Positions 60,224 through 64,000 of a stretch of DNA of 64,000 bases are shown here, piece by piece. The stretch spans positions 61,415 to 125,414 of IMG/VR virus record IMGVR_UViG_3300028909_000017. One strand, given 5' to 3'. The notes under the pieces are model-generated. The model saw only the letters and a program-made list of their open reading frames with translations, had not been told where the DNA came from and did no database searches. Position 1 is the first letter of the stretch; every line of letters starts with the position of its first letter. The translations under genes and the position numbers were made by a program. Origin of the DNA: a virus.

Positions 60224-60234
60224 TTTAACTCCAA

Positions 60235-63201
60235 TTAATTTTCAAGGTACCATTGGAAAATATCTTTTTCCAATATTTTCGTTACTTTCAACCACCAGTT
60301 TTCTTTCCGATTTTTTACGGTAACAATAAGAAAATTATTAGTTGTATCGATGCTGTATATATGACCCAATTCGGTTCCAAATATTGTTGTGTGTATTACC
60401 CAATCTCCAACTTTTAATTCTGTCCCATTTTTATCGAGCATTTTCATTGCTCCAATTTTTTAACCATAAGATAAGAAATAGCTTTTTCCTCGGATACAAT
60501 TACAACTTTACTGGTCTTCTGAATTCCGCCCCAACGAATATCATTTTCGGTGATCAATAAAATTTTTGTTTTTAAAATGGCATCGACTTTTAATAATATC
60601 AAATCCTGACCCTTATAACCAGGAGTTAATACCCAATCTCCAACTTTTAATTCTATTCCGAAAAAATCTTTCATCATTTCTCCAGTAAATAAATCAATAC
60701 TTCATTCTTATTTAATTTCTCAACTTTTGTCGAAATAATTGATCTATTGAAGTAACCATCTTGTAAATATAGATCTAGAAAATTAAAACCAATAATTCGA
60801 TAAATTTCCGATTTAAATCTAACATAATCAAAAATTTCCAATTCATTCCCATTTTTATCGATCATTGCGATAATCTCCAAATCATTATTTCATCCTGGGT
60901 AATTTTAATAACTCTTCCGGATTCGATTAATGTTCCCAATAAATCAGAGGTAATATGAACGCTTTTATCATAAAATGCATCAATACAGCATGGCACCGGG
61001 AAATATGGTATATAAACCCAATCGCCAATGTTTAATTTTGCTCCGTTTTTATCGACCATTTAATGTTCCAATCTCCAAATCAGATAATTTTTTAATAGAA
61101 GATAATTTCCATCTTTCTGCAAATTTTGTTTCCGAATTAATAAATAGATTAATTATGCAACATTCATTACGAATCGATTTAATTTTACCAACGGCACCAC
61201 GGCGCATATCTTTACACCATAAAACATAATCACCGATTAATAATTCGTTTCCATTCTTATCTGTCATATTTTCACTGTGTTAGTTTAAAAATTAAAGCAT
61301 CTTCGGGATTCATTTTGTACAATGCGCTGAAATATTTTAACGATTGTGTTTGCCCTTTTTCATTTTTTAGTTCAACCATTTTCTTCGTAAATCGTACTAC
61401 GTAACCGATATCCAATGAATTTGCCCAATTAGAGAAAACAACCCAATCACCAATAAACAGAGGGCGATTAATTCGATCAACAAAAATATGTTCATTATTC
61501 ATAAATTTCCTTAGTAAGACAACAAATATGCAATTAATTCATCTTCAGACGACAGTTCCATTTCAGATGCCTTTAAATGTATATTCTTGAAAAAATCTAA
61601 TGGTATAAAATCTGATCGACATTCAAAAAATTTGGATTTAATATCTTCGTCCGTAATTCTTCCAAAATACAATTCACGATCGAATTGTATTTTTACAATG
61701 TCGCCTATATGCAATTGATTATTATTTTTGTCAACCATTATTCACTCAATTTCCAAACTATCAATTCTTCTTCTGTCGCGTATTCAACTTTTGTTCGAAT
61801 TAAATAGCACCGTTCATTCTTAGATAAATGTTTTATATTAATATATTGACGATAATAAGGTTTTTGAATACCTACCCCGATATTATATTCAAGATGATAA
61901 GGTTCTGGAATATGACTACCCCGACTCTACGAACACCATAAGGATCCAAATAAAAAACTTTATCACCCCTTTAATTCCCTCCCGTTCTTATCGATAACAG
62001 TTGTCAAAATTTTCCCTCGTTGCGATTAATGGATATGTTTCTTTATAAATTTCAAATCGTTTTTCATAACTGTATAATTTCCATTGAAATTTCAATGGAA
62101 AAATTATATCATAAGATATTAATTCCGAAATTAACGAAATGGGACCCATAATAGACAACCATAAACATATTTTAAAATTATTCATATACGGAAATCTACG
62201 AGCCCATCCGTTAACGGAAAGTCCCCACGTAATAATCGAACATACAACCCAAAAAATAATGAAACCAATAATAATCATTGTTACTCCTTTTCTAGCATAT
62301 ATATTAATGCTTCAGATTTTGAAAGTTTTTGAATAGCAGCGGTCTTATAATAAATTTTTTGATTCAATTTAAAATTTGCCGAATCAAAATTTTTAATTTC
62401 AAAAATTCCGTGTGAAATATCAATAATTTTTCCGAGTCTACCATAAATTATAATATAATTCCCTTTATGCAATTTTCTACCAAACAAATCAACCATCATA
62501 ATATTCTCCCAAAATTATTCTGCCAGTCTATATGCAACCATTTCTTCTTCAGTAAGTTTTACAATTTGAGAACCTTTAACTGGAAAAATTGAGCCGGCCT
62601 TCCTATAAGAATAATCTTCAAATACCACTATCCAAATATTGTCGCACCACCATTCACCTATCTTCTTAATTTTTCCCGGGATCGGATTTAAATCCAAAAA
62701 TATTATATAATCATTAACCTCAACGTGATTATTATTTTTGTCGACCATTATTCATTCACCCAATCGATAAACAACCATTTCTTCTTCACTCAATAATTGC
62801 AAATCTTTTTCATTAACACAAAATCCACGGCCAGCTTTAAAAGCTGAAAAATTTTCAAACAAAATAATTAAAGGATAGCCATCATTGTGATTTTTAAAAA
62901 TACGACCCGGTATATCGTGGTATAAAATATAATCGTCTTTGTAAAAAGTTTTCACAATTATTCCTCCAAGCGTGAAATTAATACGTAATTTTCCGAAATA
63001 AATTCAATTTCAACACTACTACGCCAATAATCAGTGTGATTATATTCCAATATTGCAACATCATATGAATTAATAGTATCACCGAAAATTCGGGAAGTAT
63101 CTGTTATTTTTGAATACGATTATATCGGTAAAAATTTTCCCATCTCTGAGTCAATTTAACCCAATCCCCGACTTTTAATTCAATGCCGTTTTTGTCTGTC
63201 A
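60235..63201 (-). other. Tandem array of ~12 small paralogous ORFs (MxDKNGxELxxGDxV...Y/WxLE)
   Basis: Shared start and end motifs; dispersed relatives at 36429, 41589, 42113 and 48022. Confidence 0.75.
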
Positions 63202-63208
63202 TGAAATC

Positions 63209-63622
63209 TCACAGTTTAATCTCCGCCGGATTGCCATCTTCATCATAAAATCGAACTCGCTTAATTCCACTAATCTTAATCAATCCCATGCACAGCTTAC
63301 ACGGACGAGAACATCCGGGCTTATCCTTTGTTTGACGAGAATTGGTCGTAGTACGAGAAACGTATAGCGTTAGATTTCGATTATGATCAAAATGTCGACG
63401 GCGCAGAATTGCAACCATTTCAGCATGTGTGTTTCCCTGCCAATTTCCCACTTTCGAAAGCGGATTGCTCTTATACCAATTATTACAACCAACCGAAAGT
63501 AAATTTGAACCAGCATACAATGCAGCGCCCAACATATAGCCACGCTGAGGACCATTGCTCAACCTACTCGATGCTTCAGCTACCGCAAAGCCACGTTTCC
63601 ACGAACCAGATATCTCCGACAT
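63209..63622 (-). CDS. Cytidine/dCMP deaminase-superfamily protein
   Basis: HAE and PCxxC zinc-binding motifs. Confidence 0.8.
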   Translation of the reverse strand: MSEISGSWKRGFAVAEASSRLSNGPQRGYMLGAALYAGSNLLSVGCNNWYKSNPLSKVGNWQGNTHAEMVAILRRRHFDHNRNLTLYVSRTTTNSRQTKDKPGCSRPCKLCMGLIKISGIKRVRFYDEDGNPAEIKL

Positions 63623-63875
63623 TAATTTACTCTTTCCTAAATCGTCTGCGCTTCGAAATGAATGCGGCCTTTTAAAATCTTAATCCTATGAATATTCTTT
63701 CGAAATTGATTAATAATCTGCACAAAATTAGTAGAAATTCGAGACCAATCATTACTCGATAATTCTTCGTTATCGAGTATATTTTTGAAATATTGTTTAT
63801 CATATTCCAGTTGTCGATTATCAGACGCCAACTTCACAATTTCCTCATACGCATCGTTGACCTTTTTAATATCCA

Positions 63876-63925
63876 TCTGATCTCCTCACTGAAATAATTA
63901 TAGCAAAATTCGGTATTAATGTCAA
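63876..63925 (-). promoter_or_regulatory. Early promoter/RBS cassette, partial third copy
   Basis: TTGACA-17-TATAAT; 32 bp identical to the 46164/47031 repeat. Confidence 0.8.
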
Positions 63926-64000
63926 CCGAAATTAGTAAATTAATTTCGCATACATTTGTACATTGATTGTTGGGTTTTTAATATATTCAAGTGCCTCGAC

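Noticed and set aside
1-64000. Alternative genetic code (stop-codon recoding)
   Set aside because: Known genes are full length in the standard code, TAA, TAG and TGA all end genes, and no suppressor tRNA was found.

Overview
AT-rich, densely packed and almost entirely minus-strand segment of a large tailed phage genome (jumbo/T4-superfamily style). Support comes from many small hypothetical ORFs, T4-like late promoter motifs (TATAAATA), sigma70-type early promoters and a 1,438-aa fibre-like protein. The standard genetic code fits. The window holds about 36 tRNA genes covering all 20 amino acids plus several tRNA-like RNAs, auxiliary genes (Hsp20, ClpX, PP2C, HD hydrolases, GuaC, HAD nucleotidase, NadV/NadM-Nudix/NADAR, PolX, a mini AlaRS, an isolated IleRS C-terminal domain), two IS607/TnpB loci and two orphan omega-RNA-like elements. 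The strongest candidate for a new system is a pair of ribosome-stalling attenuators missed by the ORF track. Each is a leader peptide followed by an antiterminator and an intrinsic terminator, placed directly in front of a tRNA array, and the leader codons match the amino acids of the downstream tRNAs. This suggests the phage senses tRNA depletion and switches on the matching tRNA block. Other notable observations are seven normally short-arm tRNA isotypes with long variable arms, a tRNA-Asn whose anticodon is split by a 50-nt tRNA-like mini-element, a ~410-nt structured CCA-ending RNA, and about 11 paralogous GNAT-like proteins with a putative capsid-targeting N-terminus interleaved with the tRNAs. 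Several frameshifts at homopolymers are probably sequencing errors. All RNA folds were done by eye, and no database searches were possible.
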